Shown here piece by piece: positions 10,041-19,391 of a stretch of DNA of 64,000 nucleotides (position 1 is the stretch's first letter; each line of letters begins with the position of its first letter). Under the pieces are notes generated by a model. The model saw nothing but the letters and a program-made list of their open reading frames with translations, ran no database searches and was not told where the DNA came from. The translations under genes and the position numbers were made by a program. Source of the stretch: Acidobacteriota bacterium (GTDB lineage Bacteria; Acidobacteriota; UBA6911; RPQK01; JAJDTT01); the NCBI GenBank assembly GCA_965217775.1, contig CBDCJH010000002.1, forward strand, positions 5,312,001-5,376,000. The letters run 5' to 3'.

Positions 10041-10713
10041 ACTCGAATACCAGATAGGAGGCCGCCAGGAAAATCACGTCAAAGGCGACCAATATCTTAA
10101 TCCATTGGAAGAGGAAGCGGAACTTTTCCCCCAGCAGCACCTCCGTGCTGCCGTTCACCGCCGCCAGGATCACCGGAACCACGATGGGGAACAGTAGAAT
10201 GGGAAGCAGGACCTCCCGGGTCTGGATGCTGGAGACCATGGCCCCGAACAACGTCCCCACGGCCGAGAAGCCGAGACTCGAGAGGAGGATCAAAAGCAGC
10301 ATCCAGAGCGTGGCTGAGGTCAGGGGAAAATTGTAGATGGCCATGAAGATGACCAGGGTCAACAGGTTCACGACCATCAGGAAGATCCAGTTGGCCAGGA
10401 ACTTGCCGAGAAAGATGAGGCCTCGGTCCATGGGGGAGAGCAGAACCCCAAGCAGCGTTCCTTCTTCTCGCTCCGACTGGAACGAGCGATTGAGTTGAAT
10501 CACTCCGGGAAAGATCAGGGCCACCCAGAGGATACCCGGTAGGATGCCGGGTGCCTCCTTTCTCGTCACAGGGTTCGACGGGTCGAATGCGAAGTTGAAG
10601 ACCATCAGAATCAGGAAAGAAAAGAACAGGGAGGTGAAAAAAGCCTGACGGGATCTGAACTCGATTCGAAGATCCTTCTCGGCCAGCGTCCAGATCAGAC
10701 CTGGTCCGCCCAT
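10021..10713 (-). CDS. ccmB: Heme exporter CcmB
   Basis: KDLRIEFRSRQ, FQSEREEGTL, REVLLPILLFPIVVP; true start at ATG 10713 within the over-extended ORF. Confidence 0.9.
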   Translation of the reverse strand: MGGPGLIWTLAEKDLRIEFRSRQAFFTSLFFSFLILMVFNFAFDPSNPVTRKEAPGILPGILWVALIFPGVIQLNRSFQSEREEGTLLGVLLSPMDRGLIFLGKFLANWIFLMVVNLLTLVIFMAIYNFPLTSATLWMLLLILLSSLGFSAVGTLFGAMVSSIQTREVLLPILLFPIVVPVILAAVNGSTEVLLGEKFRFLFQWIKILVAFDVIFLAASYLVFEYVVEES

Positions 10714-10730
10714 CGCGTTCCGAAAGGGAC

Positions 10731-12029
10731 TCAAAGCCCCATCAACCCTTCCTGACCGTGGTAAAAGACTCCCGCCGCCGCTCCGGTCATGAGCGTCGCG
10801 AGAGTGGCCGCCCAAAAGGCGGGCCAACTGAGGCGGGCCAGGTCGTTCCTTCGAGCCGGAACCAGCACCGAGAGGCCTCCCACGAAGATGGCCACGGAGG
10901 CCACGTGAGTGAAGCCGCAGAGGGCGTAGCTCAAGATCATGAGACCTCGGGGCGAGAGGCTGCCGGCCGCGACCATGCTCGCCAGGTCCTGATAGGCAAC
11001 CACCTCGGTCAGGATCCAGCGCTCCCCGACGAGCCGGGCGGCGGCCGACCACTCGTCGGGAGTCAGTCCCAGACAGAGGACGAGGGGATAGGCGACCCAA
11101 CCCAGAAGCATTTGGAGCGTCGGACGGAACTCCTCTTGGAGCGCCAGGCTCGAGATCCAGCCCGCCGTCGCCCCCAACATCAGGTCCAGCAACTCGACCA
11201 ATCCCAGGATTCCGATCAGGAGGGCGCCGACACCCACCGACAGCCGGACACCGTCGTTGGCGCCCTGGATGATGCTCCCCATCCAGTGACGAGACTTTCC
11301 GACCTCCCCCAGGGGAGGCACGGAACCCCGAGTCTGCGGCTCTTCTCCTTCGGGGACGATGATCTTGGCCATCAGGACGGCGGCGGGGATGGACAGCACG
11401 GAGGCGGAGATCAGATGCCCCGCGATATAGGGAAAGATGGGTTTTAGAAGACCGGCATAGACGGCCAGCACCGAGCTGGCGATGGTGGAGAGGCCCGAGG
11501 TCAGGAGCATCATCAACTCGGAGCGGGTCATGCGCTCCAGAAAGGGCCGGACCGTCAGCATCGATTCGACACCGAAGAACAAGTTGCTGCTGGTCGCCAG
11601 GGCTTCGGCTCCGCTGAGGCCGAAGCCGCGGTGAACCCAGCGGGCAATGGTTCTCACCACGAAGGGTAGAACTCCGAAGTGGTAGAGCAGAGAGATGATC
11701 ACCGAGAAGAAGACGACTGCGGGAAAAACCTGGAACGCCAGGATGAAGCCCAGGGTGTCCTCTTGGCCGGGACCGGCCGCGAGAGGACCGAAGAGGAATC
11801 GCGAACCGGCGCTGGAGGCGGTCAGAAGTGTGGCGACGGCGCCGTTGAGGGCTACCAGGACGACTCGAAAAAACGGCCACCAGAAGACCACGACTCCCAT
11901 CGCCGTCAGCGTGGCGGCAGCCGTCGCCGACGTTCGCCAATTGACACCGCGGCGATTGGTGGAAGTGAGCCAGGCCAGCAGCACCAGCATGCAGCATCCA
12001 AGCGCCGAGTAGAGATTCCACCAGCTCAC
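10731..12029 (-). CDS. nupC: Concentrative nucleoside transporter (NupC/CNT family)
   Basis: FQVFPAVVFFS, GHLISASVLSIPAA, ILTEVVAY, YALCGFTH; GTG start 12029 inferred. Confidence 0.85.
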   Translation of the reverse strand: MSWWNLYSALGCCMLVLLAWLTSTNRRGVNWRTSATAAATLTAMGVVVFWWPFFRVVLVALNGAVATLLTASSAGSRFLFGPLAAGPGQEDTLGFILAFQVFPAVVFFSVIISLLYHFGVLPFVVRTIARWVHRGFGLSGAEALATSSNLFFGVESMLTVRPFLERMTRSELMMLLTSGLSTIASSVLAVYAGLLKPIFPYIAGHLISASVLSIPAAVLMAKIIVPEGEEPQTRGSVPPLGEVGKSRHWMGSIIQGANDGVRLSVGVGALLIGILGLVELLDLMLGATAGWISSLALQEEFRPTLQMLLGWVAYPLVLCLGLTPDEWSAAARLVGERWILTEVVAYQDLASMVAAGSLSPRGLMILSYALCGFTHVASVAIFVGGLSVLVPARRNDLARLSWPAFWAATLATLMTGAAAGVFYHGQEGLMGL

Positions 12030-12097
12030 TATTTCAGACTCCGATTGAACAGCTTCGTGGGCACCACTCCAGGTGCCGGGAGCGGGATGCCGCTTAC

Positions 12098-12255
12098 CAG
12101 CCCGTGGCAAAAGTCGTCACGGCATTCGACCGTCCCTGCATCCCGGCGGACTGCGTTGCTATCGGCTCACATACTCCCGGTATGCTCCCGAATCGCGCCT
12201 TGTCCGGCGGGCGCAGGAACGGTCTCGGTGCTCGCGAGACTTTCACCACGGACTG
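12098..12255 (+). mobile_element. MITE copy 1 (158 bp), TSD TTAC
   Basis: TIR CAGCCCGTGGCAAAAGTC / GACTTTCACCACGGACTG; TTAC at 12094-97 and 12256-59. Confidence 0.9.
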
Positions 12256-12948
12256 TTACTCCCCCTCCACCGCTCGCAAGTAGGCGGCCTCCACGCCGCG
12301 CCGGCCCAATCCGTGGGAGGCACGGTCGTACACCAGGGAACCCCGGTGCTGGATCAGGACGCGGTCGCAAAGTTCCAATCCTTCCGACAGATTATGGGTC
12401 ACGAGCAGAACGGTATGGTCCCCATCCTTGAGACTTCGGAGAATCCTGGTCAGGAGCCGGTTGCCCTGCTGGTCCAGACCCACGTAGGGTTCGTCCAGCA
12501 GTAGCAGGCTGGGCTCGTGCAGGAGGGCCCGGCCCAACGTGAGCCGCTGTTTCATGCCCCGAGAATACTCCCTGACCAGTTGCTCTCCGGCTCCTGAAAG
12601 CCCCATTTTCTTCAGAACCCGGCGGGACCGTTCCCGTGGCCCGGCGACGCCGTAGAGCCGCGAGTAGAACAGAAGGTTCTCGATGCCGGTCATCTCCTGA
12701 TAGAGCAGGCTCTGGTGGGACACGTAGCCGACGTTTCGCCGTGCCGGTCCGGATCCATTGAACCGGAGGGAGATGGTTCCGCTCGTGGGCTTGAGCAAGC
12801 CGGCAACGAGTTTCAGCAGGGTCGTCTTGCCGGCGCCGTTGGGCCCGAAGAGGCTGACGAATTGGCCCTCTTCGATCCGGAGGGTCAGGTCCGAGACGGC
12901 CCGAAAGGTCCCGAACCGCTTGGTGAGGTGGCTGATCCGCAGCGCCAT
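12256..12948 (-). CDS. ccmA: Heme exporter ATPase CcmA
   Basis: GPNGAGKTT, YSRGMKQR, LLDEPYVGLD; lies in the ccm cluster. Confidence 0.88.
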   Translation of the reverse strand: MALRISHLTKRFGTFRAVSDLTLRIEEGQFVSLFGPNGAGKTTLLKLVAGLLKPTSGTISLRFNGSGPARRNVGYVSHQSLLYQEMTGIENLLFYSRLYGVAGPRERSRRVLKKMGLSGAGEQLVREYSRGMKQRLTLGRALLHEPSLLLLDEPYVGLDQQGNRLLTRILRSLKDGDHTVLLVTHNLSEGLELCDRVLIQHRGSLVYDRASHGLGRRGVEAAYLRAVEGE

Positions 12949-12957
12949 CGGGATGAG

Positions 12958-13263
12958 TCAGGCCCTGGTCTTTCGGGTCTTCTTCCGCTCCAGCGCCTCG
13001 GCCCGCTCGAAGACATCGACGGCCCGTTCCTCGTATTCGGATTTCAGATCCTCGTAATCCTGGGACGAGAGCTTGCCCATCCGGAAGTCCATCTCGATGT
13101 CCTTCAGGTTGGCGACGACGTCCTCCTTCTCCCGCAAGATCGCCTGCCGGTCGGTCGGAGGGGCTTGCGGGGGAGGTTCCGCTCTGGTCTCACCCCACAG
13201 GAGGGGATAGGCCACGTAAAGGACCACTCCGATGAAAAGAATGGGAGCGATGATCAGCTCCAT
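12958..13263 (-). CDS. Small membrane-anchored protein in ccm cluster (CcmI N-terminus-like)
   Basis: N-terminal TM plus LKDIEMDFRMGKLSSQDYEDLK motif. Confidence 0.65.
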   Translation of the reverse strand: MELIIAPILFIGVVLYVAYPLLWGETRAEPPPQAPPTDRQAILREKEDVVANLKDIEMDFRMGKLSSQDYEDLKSEYEERAVDVFERAEALERKKTRKTRA

Positions 13264-13291
13264 GACGAGTCCTCGTAACGCCGTCCACGGA

Positions 13292-15292
13292 TCAGGCGGC
13301 TTCGGTTCGAATTCTCTTTCTCCGGCGTCGAACGCGAGTTCGCGCGGCCGGCTTCTTGTCAGGGAAAAAGAGGAAGACCCCCGCCAGGACCATGATGCCG
13401 ATACCGATCCAGACCCACTGGACCATGGGGTTCAGGAAGAGGTGAAACGTCGCCCGGGTCAGGTCTTCGTCGTATCCGGACAGGACGATGTAGACGTCAT
13501 CCATGAGGGTGCGGCGAATCGCCACTTCGCTCTGGGGTTGCTTGGTCTTGTGGTGGAAGTGTTTCTGCGGAAAGAAGTTTCCGATGGGCTCCTGGTTTTC
13601 GTATCCGCTGATTCGAGCGTAGACGACATCCTTTTCCGGATCCGATCTCGTGACCAGTTCATGAAACTTGAGGGTGTACTGACCCACCCTGAACTCCTCG
13701 CCCCGGTTCACGGTGACCAACTCCTCATGGGAGAAGAACGAGCTGGAAATGATGCCGATGAAGGCCACGACAACTCCCATGTGGATGATGAAGCCGCCGT
13801 AACGGCGCTTGTTCATCAGGGTCAGGTCCTTCAGGGCGACCAGGAACGAGGAGGACCGGATGCCCTGGCGGGCCCGGGCGCCCTTGTAGAACTCGAAGAA
13901 GATGCAAAAGGCCACGAAGCCGCAGGCGGAATAGAAGAGCAGAGGAATCAGGCTCCGCACGCCCAGGAACAGGGCCAGCCCTCCAAAAAGCAGTCCGCCG
14001 GCCAGGGGAATCAGGAAATTCCGGCGGAAATTCTTGAAGGAGGCCTTTCTCCAGGCGATCAGCGGGCAGATGCCGGTGAGCGCCAGGAGCGTCAGGGCCA
14101 GGGGCCAGGTGACCTTGTTGAAGAAGGGTGCCGATACCGTGATCTTCTCCCCCTGCACCCACTCGGAGATGATGGGAAATACGGTCCCCCAGAAGATGGC
14201 GAAGCAGATGGAGACGAACAACAGGTTGTTCAACAGGAAGGTCGCTTCTCGCGAGAGGAAGGACTTCATCTGCTGCTCGCTCCGCAGTTGATCCGATCTA
14301 CGGACGATCCAGAAGACCCCGAACAGGGTCGACAGCAACAGGAAAATCGCAAACATGGGTCCCAGGTTGGAGAGGGCGAAGGAGTGGACCGATGAGATGA
14401 CACCGCTCCGGGTGACGAAGGTGCCGAAGATGGACAGCTCGAAGGCGACCAGGACGAGGATGAAGTTCCAGAGCTTCAGCATCCCCTTCTTCTCGGTGAT
14501 CATGATGGAATGCAGGAAAGCGGTGGCGAAGAGCCAGGGCATGAAGGAAGAGTTCTCCACCGGGTCCCACGCCCAATATCCGCCCCATCCCAGCTCCTCG
14601 TAGGCCCATACCCCCCCCAGCGTGAAGCCCATGGTCAGGAAGATCCAGGCCACCAGAGTCCAGCGCCGGGTCACGCGGATCCAGGACGTATCCAGCTTGC
14701 GGGACATGAGAGCGGCCATGGCGAAGGCGAAGGGTATGGTCAGGCCGATGTAACCCAGGTAGAGAATCGGCGGGTGGATCACCATGTACGAGTTCTGGAG
14801 CAGCGGATTGAGACCGTTTCCGTCGGCCGGAGCCGTTCCGGGAGGAAAGGTGTCGAAGGGGTTGGTGGCAAAGGTCAGCAGGAGCATGAAGAAGCCCAGG
14901 GTCCCGGACATCACGGCGGTGGCGTAGGGCATCAATTTCCGGTTTTTGTTCCGGTTCTGGACCACGGCGACCAGGCAGAAGAAGGCCAGGACCAGGGCCC
15001 ACATGAGCAGGCTCCCCGCCTGGCCGCCCCAGAACGCGGTGAACTTGTAGACCGTGGGGATGTCGGTGGCGCTGTAGCCGGCCACGTATTGCACCTGGAA
15101 CTGGTCCGTCATGAGAAGGCGGATGAGGCAGGCGGAGGCCGCCACCACGACCACGAAGGCCGCCACCAGACTGTTCTCGGCGCTCCGGGCCAGGGCCAGA
15201 TGCTTCCGGCGTCCCGCGATGGTCCCCGCGATGGCGCCGTAGCCGGACAGAGCTAGGCCGGCAAGCAGACAGTATCGACCCAGTTCAATCAT
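13292..15292 (-). CDS. ccmF: Cytochrome c heme lyase CcmF
   Basis: WGGQAGSLL, HPPILYLGY, WAYEELGWGGYWAWDPVENSS, SVHSF. Confidence 0.96.
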   Translation of the reverse strand: MIELGRYCLLAGLALSGYGAIAGTIAGRRKHLALARSAENSLVAAFVVVVAASACLIRLLMTDQFQVQYVAGYSATDIPTVYKFTAFWGGQAGSLLMWALVLAFFCLVAVVQNRNKNRKLMPYATAVMSGTLGFFMLLLTFATNPFDTFPPGTAPADGNGLNPLLQNSYMVIHPPILYLGYIGLTIPFAFAMAALMSRKLDTSWIRVTRRWTLVAWIFLTMGFTLGGVWAYEELGWGGYWAWDPVENSSFMPWLFATAFLHSIMITEKKGMLKLWNFILVLVAFELSIFGTFVTRSGVISSVHSFALSNLGPMFAIFLLLSTLFGVFWIVRRSDQLRSEQQMKSFLSREATFLLNNLLFVSICFAIFWGTVFPIISEWVQGEKITVSAPFFNKVTWPLALTLLALTGICPLIAWRKASFKNFRRNFLIPLAGGLLFGGLALFLGVRSLIPLLFYSACGFVAFCIFFEFYKGARARQGIRSSSFLVALKDLTLMNKRRYGGFIIHMGVVVAFIGIISSSFFSHEELVTVNRGEEFRVGQYTLKFHELVTRSDPEKDVVYARISGYENQEPIGNFFPQKHFHHKTKQPQSEVAIRRTLMDDVYIVLSGYDEDLTRATFHLFLNPMVQWVWIGIGIMVLAGVFLFFPDKKPAARTRVRRRRKRIRTEAA

Positions 15293-15298
15293 GTTGCG

Positions 15299-15763
15299 TC
15301 AATAAGGCCTGTCGGGGATCTGGGGCTTGTCGGAGGAAGCCGTCTGCGCTTCCTCATATTTGGAGGGACATTTGGCCATCAGGATCGTGGCCTGGAAATG
15401 ATGCTGGTCGGCCTGGTAGGCGCCCTCGACCACGACTTCCGCCCCGTCCTTGAAGGTGTCGGGGATGATCCCCTGATAGGTGACCGGAAGAGTGTTGGTG
15501 GTCTCCCTTTCCATCACCAGGAAATCGACCTGTGACCGCTCCCGATCGATCCGGATGGTGCCGGAAGAGACGTGCCCATGAATGCGCACCCCCACGCCGG
15601 CGAGGTCCGATTTCTTTTCCATCAACTCCGACAGGGTGTAGTAGTAGACCATGGTGTCGTTGATGCCGCTGAACATCAGGTAGGCGACGGCGCCGATGAT
15701 CAACAGGCCAGCCACGATGAATTTGGGAGCGGGCAATCTGGAAGCGGACATGATGCCGGTCAT
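15299..15763 (-). CDS. ccmE: Heme chaperone CcmE (CxxxY variant)
   Basis: YYYTLSE, YQGIIPDTFKDGAEVVVEG, MAKCPSKY. Confidence 0.92.
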   Translation of the reverse strand: MTGIMSASRLPAPKFIVAGLLIIGAVAYLMFSGINDTMVYYYTLSELMEKKSDLAGVGVRIHGHVSSGTIRIDRERSQVDFLVMERETTNTLPVTYQGIIPDTFKDGAEVVVEGAYQADQHHFQATILMAKCPSKYEEAQTASSDKPQIPDRPY

Positions 15764-15784
15764 TGTAGCAACTTCAGAGAAAGA

Positions 15785-15813
15785 GAGGAAAGAGGAAAGA
15801 GGAAAGAGTGAAG
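15785..15813. repeat. Purine heptamer tandem (GAGGAAA)n-GAGTGAAGA
   Basis: GAGGAAAGAGGAAAGAGGAAAGAGTGAAGA; same motif at 60409-60430. Confidence 0.6.
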
Positions 15814-16040
15814 ATCAGGTGAGACGTTTACGCACAACGCTGCGCGGTAACGAAGCGATTCTGACGTCGAACAGCTCGCTCACCGACCGTAGGAGAATGG
15901 ATTTTCTCGAACGGTGTGCGGCAGGAGTGTCCCGGTTGGGGAAGCCTGAGGGGCCACCTGGCGGAGACACGACCCCCTGAGAACAGGTTTAGGGGATCGT
16001 GTCTCTTTACTCGAGCCGTCGAACTCTCCCGAGGGGGTAG

Positions 16041-16355
16041 TTACCCGCTCACCAGGAGAACGACGACGAAGGTCAGAAGGGCCAGGAACTCGATGAAGGC
16101 GAGTCCCAGGATGAAGAAAAAGCGGATCGTATCGGAGGCTCCGGGGTTTCTGGAGACGCCCTCGCAGGCGGCGGTCAGCACCCGGCTCTGGCCGTAGCCG
16201 CAGCCGGCGGCGGCGATGGCCATGGCGACGGCGAGCCAGTGGATCTCCAGGCTGGTTGAGGCGGCGCCCTCTTCGGCCTGTGCCTGCACGGAGACCGCCG
16301 GCAGCAGGAGGGCAACGACCAGAGCGATGGCCAGAAGGCCGAACTTTCGGTTCAT
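16041..16355 (-). CDS. atpE: ATP synthase F0 subunit c with signal-like N-terminal extension
   Basis: AAAGCGYGQ, RNPGA, LAFIEFLAL; AAGGAG RBS before ATG 16355. Confidence 0.9.
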   Translation of the reverse strand: MNRKFGLLAIALVVALLLPAVSVQAQAEEGAASTSLEIHWLAVAMAIAAAGCGYGQSRVLTAACEGVSRNPGASDTIRFFFILGLAFIEFLALLTFVVVLLVSG

Positions 16356-16409
16356 CAGTTGACTCCTTCCAAGGTTTGAGGTGTGAGCCCGTCGCATGGA
16401 GCGCGTGAA

Positions 16410-17147
16410 TCAATGTTCTTCGTCGTGTGCATGCTCCACGGAACCAGCGATGTAGACGATGGTCAAGACGGAGAAAATGAAGGCCTGCAGCGTGCCGGCA
16501 AATAAGCCCAGAGCCATCACCGGCATCGAGATCACAAAGGGGAACAGTTGGTTCAGGTTGGTGACGATCAGCTCCTCGGCGTAGATGTTGCCCATGAGCC
16601 GGACGGACAAGGAGAAAGGACGCGCCAGGTGGCTGATGATCTCGATCACGAAAAGGACCGGGGCGATGGCCAGTGAGGGACCGGCGAAGTGAGCCATGTA
16701 CTTGACGAAGCCATGCACCCGGAACCCGTGGTAGTTGTAGTAGAAGAAGACGATGATTCCGCAGGCCGCGGTGATGTTGATGTTGCTGGTGGGCGGCATG
16801 AACCCAGGGAAGAGCCCCAGGAGGTTGCCAGCCAGGATGTAGAGAAACAGAGTCCCGATCAAGGGAAAGAAGCGGCGGGCATCGGGTCCGATGATCTCCT
16901 TCATCAATCCCAACAGCCCCTCGAACAGAACCTCCAGCAGCTGTTGGACCGCGCCCGGATTGTCCACGCTGAGGCGCCTCCTCACCAGGAGGGCGACCAC
17001 GGTGAGAATGAGACAGACGAAGATGACCATGACCAGGTGGGCCGGAAGGACGTCGTGATCCACCCGGAATCCCAAGGCTTCGGCCAGAGGGTTTGCGAGG
17101 TAGCGGTTGAAGAGAGTCGCCGACAGGAACTCGTGGTGTTGATCCAT
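16410..17147 (-). CDS. atpB: ATP synthase F0 subunit a
   Basis: PPTSNIN, IEIISHLARPFSLSVRLMGN, LQAFIF. Confidence 0.95.
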   Translation of the reverse strand: MDQHHEFLSATLFNRYLANPLAEALGFRVDHDVLPAHLVMVIFVCLILTVVALLVRRRLSVDNPGAVQQLLEVLFEGLLGLMKEIIGPDARRFFPLIGTLFLYILAGNLLGLFPGFMPPTSNINITAACGIIVFFYYNYHGFRVHGFVKYMAHFAGPSLAIAPVLFVIEIISHLARPFSLSVRLMGNIYAEELIVTNLNQLFPFVISMPVMALGLFAGTLQAFIFSVLTIVYIAGSVEHAHDEEH

Positions 17148-17216
17148 TTCCGGTCCTGTTTCAGAAGTTCGTCCGTCCCGAGGGTGTCACGCCGGATCAG
17201 GCATGAACTGTGCGGG

Positions 17217-17555
17217 TCAGGATTTGTACGACGCCTCCAACATTGCTGAAAGGATGGGTACGGAAAGCCCCAGGACCGCCCCCGGCACACTCAAAAAAGG
17301 AATCTGCATCATAGCAAAGAGACCTCCCAGCATCAAGACCATGCGACCCCCGTTCAGGGCCAGAAATCGCAGTGCCGAAGGCTTCCCGTCCGGTGCCAGC
17401 AGCCTCCCGGCCAGCCGGTCCAGGACCCTGAGGTTCAGGAGCGAGGCGAGTGCGCCGGCCAGGATGGAAAGGGCCATCCAGAATCCATAAAGCCATCCCC
17501 CGACAACGGATACGACGATCAGGAGAATCATTGCATTGCGTGAAATGCGCTCCAA
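17217..17555 (-). CDS. atpI: ATP synthase protein I
   Basis: Four-TM hydrophobic protein upstream of atpB. Confidence 0.7.
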   Translation of the reverse strand: MERISRNAMILLIVVSVVGGWLYGFWMALSILAGALASLLNLRVLDRLAGRLLAPDGKPSALRFLALNGGRMVLMLGGLFAMMQIPFLSVPGAVLGLSVPILSAMLEASYKS

Positions 17556-17558
17556 ATC

Positions 17559-17774
17559 TTACCTGCTGAACATTCTCACGACTCGGACCAGGCCGGCCAC
17601 TCCCCCGAGCAGCAACCCGGCCACCGAGATCCAAGGATCGGAATCCAAACGCCGGTCCACAAAATAGCCGATCAGGTAACCGACCAGAAGACACGAGGGA
17701 AGCAGAAAAATGATGGAGCTGTAGCGAGCCACCTGGGCGTAGACACCCCCTTTTTCCCGCTTGCCGTTTCGCAA
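17559..17774 (-). CDS. AtpZ/AtpI-family small membrane protein
   Basis: GYLIGYFVDRRLDSDPW..VAGLLLG motif; upstream of atpI. Confidence 0.75.
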   Translation of the reverse strand: MRNGKREKGGVYAQVARYSSIIFLLPSCLLVGYLIGYFVDRRLDSDPWISVAGLLLGGVAGLVRVVRMFSR

Positions 17775-17861
17775 CTCTTTCGTCTTTCCGATCCGTCTCC
17801 AAGTTGCCGGACGAACGGCGGCGCCGCCGACGACGGTGCCGGAAGGAGGCGTCCGGAGCCG

Positions 17862-19391
17862 TCAGAAGATCAGGGAGAGGCTGGCGATTCGGGCCAGGTC
17901 GAAGAAAGGATCCGGATAGATCCCCATGGCGATGGTAAAGAACCCCGTGACCAAAAGGACGAACCAGACACCCACCGAAAAGCTCAACGGGACCGGGAGC
18001 GCCTCCTTCTCGATGAACATGGCCACCACGATCCGCAAGTAGTAGAAGAGGGAGACGACGGCATTGAGGGCGGCCACCACGGCCAGCCACATCAGCAGTT
18101 GTCCATGGGCCTGACCGGCCGCCAGGGCCGATTCGATCACCGCCGCGAATACCGCGTACTTGGCGATGAATCCCGCCAGAGGAGGAATGCCCGCCAGGGA
18201 CAGGAAGAAAATGAGATTCAGTATCGCCAGACCGGGATGCTTGAAGTAGAGGCCGTTGAAGTCCTCGATCGATTCCCCGATCACGTCCTTCCGCCGCAGC
18301 AGAATGACGATGGCCCAGACGCCGAGATTCATGAAGGTATAGGCGAACAGATAGAGCACCGATGCCGAGATCCCCGGTTGGGAGCCCACCACCAGTCCCA
18401 TCAGAATGAATCCGGCGTGGGAGATGCTGGAGTAGGCAAGCAGCCGCTTGACGTTCTGCTGGGTGACCGCCGCCACGTTGCCCCAGGTCATGGTCGCCAT
18501 GGCGATGACGGCCAGGACCCCGATGTACAGGTCGTGGAAGTCGTGAAAGGTCACGTAGAAGATTCGCAGGAAAACGGCGAATGCGGCTCCCTTGACCGCC
18601 ACCGACATGAAGGCGGTGATGCCGGTGGGCGCGCCTTCGTAGGCATCGGGCGCCCACATGTGGAAGGGGACGGCCGCGATCTTGAAGCAGAGACCGGCCA
18701 GCATCAGAAAGAGGGCCAGGATCAACAGGGTGTTGTCTTCCCGCTTGGCCGCCTCCTGGGCGATGACGTTCAGGTTGGTGCTGCCGCTGATCCCGTAGAG
18801 CAGGGACATCCCGTACAGGATGATGGCAGTGGAGAAGGCGCCCATGAGGAAGTATTTCATGGAGGCCTCGTTGGAGCGGCGCTGCCGGCGCAGAAAGCCG
18901 ACCAGGATGTAGGTCGACACTGACATCAGCTCCAGGCCCACGAAAATGGTGACCAGGTCGATGGCCCCGGCCATGAACATCATGCCGGACGTGGCGAAGA
19001 GGATGATGGCGTAGTACTCGCTGTGCTGGGCGTCCTCAATGTCCAGATGCCGGTAGGAAAGGGCGACCGCCAGAATGGCCGAGACCAGGAAGAGGATTCC
19101 GAAGACCTCGGAGAAGGCGTCCTGGGTCACCATGTTGTAAAAGGCATCCCCGTTACCGGTGCCCCAGAGGCGCCAGAGTTGAAGCCCGGCCCCCAATAGC
19201 CCCCCCAGGGCAAACAGGACCGACAGGGACTTTCCGCGGAATCCCAGGAGCCGGGTACCCCGCCCGGGCAGGATGAAGTCGATGCAGAGGAGTCCCAGGC
19301 CCCAGACGATCAGATGCAATTGAGGTGCGATGGCCCGGGCGTTCAGGGAGAGAAAACTGGCAAGGTCCCCGCCCGTCGGTATTTCGGGCAT
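17862..19391 (-). CDS. nuoN: NADH-quinone oxidoreductase subunit N
   Basis: EASMKYFLMG, FKIAAVPFHMWAPDAYEGAP, KRLLAYSSISHAG. Confidence 0.95.
   Translation of the reverse strand: MPEIPTGGDLASFLSLNARAIAPQLHLIVWGLGLLCIDFILPGRGTRLLGFRGKSLSVLFALGGLLGAGLQLWRLWGTGNGDAFYNMVTQDAFSEVFGILFLVSAILAVALSYRHLDIEDAQHSEYYAIILFATSGMMFMAGAIDLVTIFVGLELMSVSTYILVGFLRRQRRSNEASMKYFLMGAFSTAIILYGMSLLYGISGSTNLNVIAQEAAKREDNTLLILALFLMLAGLCFKIAAVPFHMWAPDAYEGAPTGITAFMSVAVKGAAFAVFLRIFYVTFHDFHDLYIGVLAVIAMATMTWGNVAAVTQQNVKRLLAYSSISHAGFILMGLVVGSQPGISASVLYLFAYTFMNLGVWAIVILLRRKDVIGESIEDFNGLYFKHPGLAILNLIFFLSLAGIPPLAGFIAKYAVFAAVIESALAAGQAHGQLLMWLAVVAALNAVVSLFYYLRIVVAMFIEKEALPVPLSFSVGVWFVLLVTGFFTIAMGIYPDPFFDLARIASLSLIF

Noticed and set aside
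10714-12110. 666-aa CcmB ORF and extended N-termini of nupC, yebC (to 55050), ruvC (to 54478) and clpB
   Set aside because: Extensions overlap other genes or run into MITE sequence; family motifs begin at downstream starts
12073-12504. Recurring peptides (SPWQKSSRHSTVPASRRTA, AKVVTAFDRPCIPAD) in several small ORFs
   Set aside because: They are translations of the MITE, not a protein family
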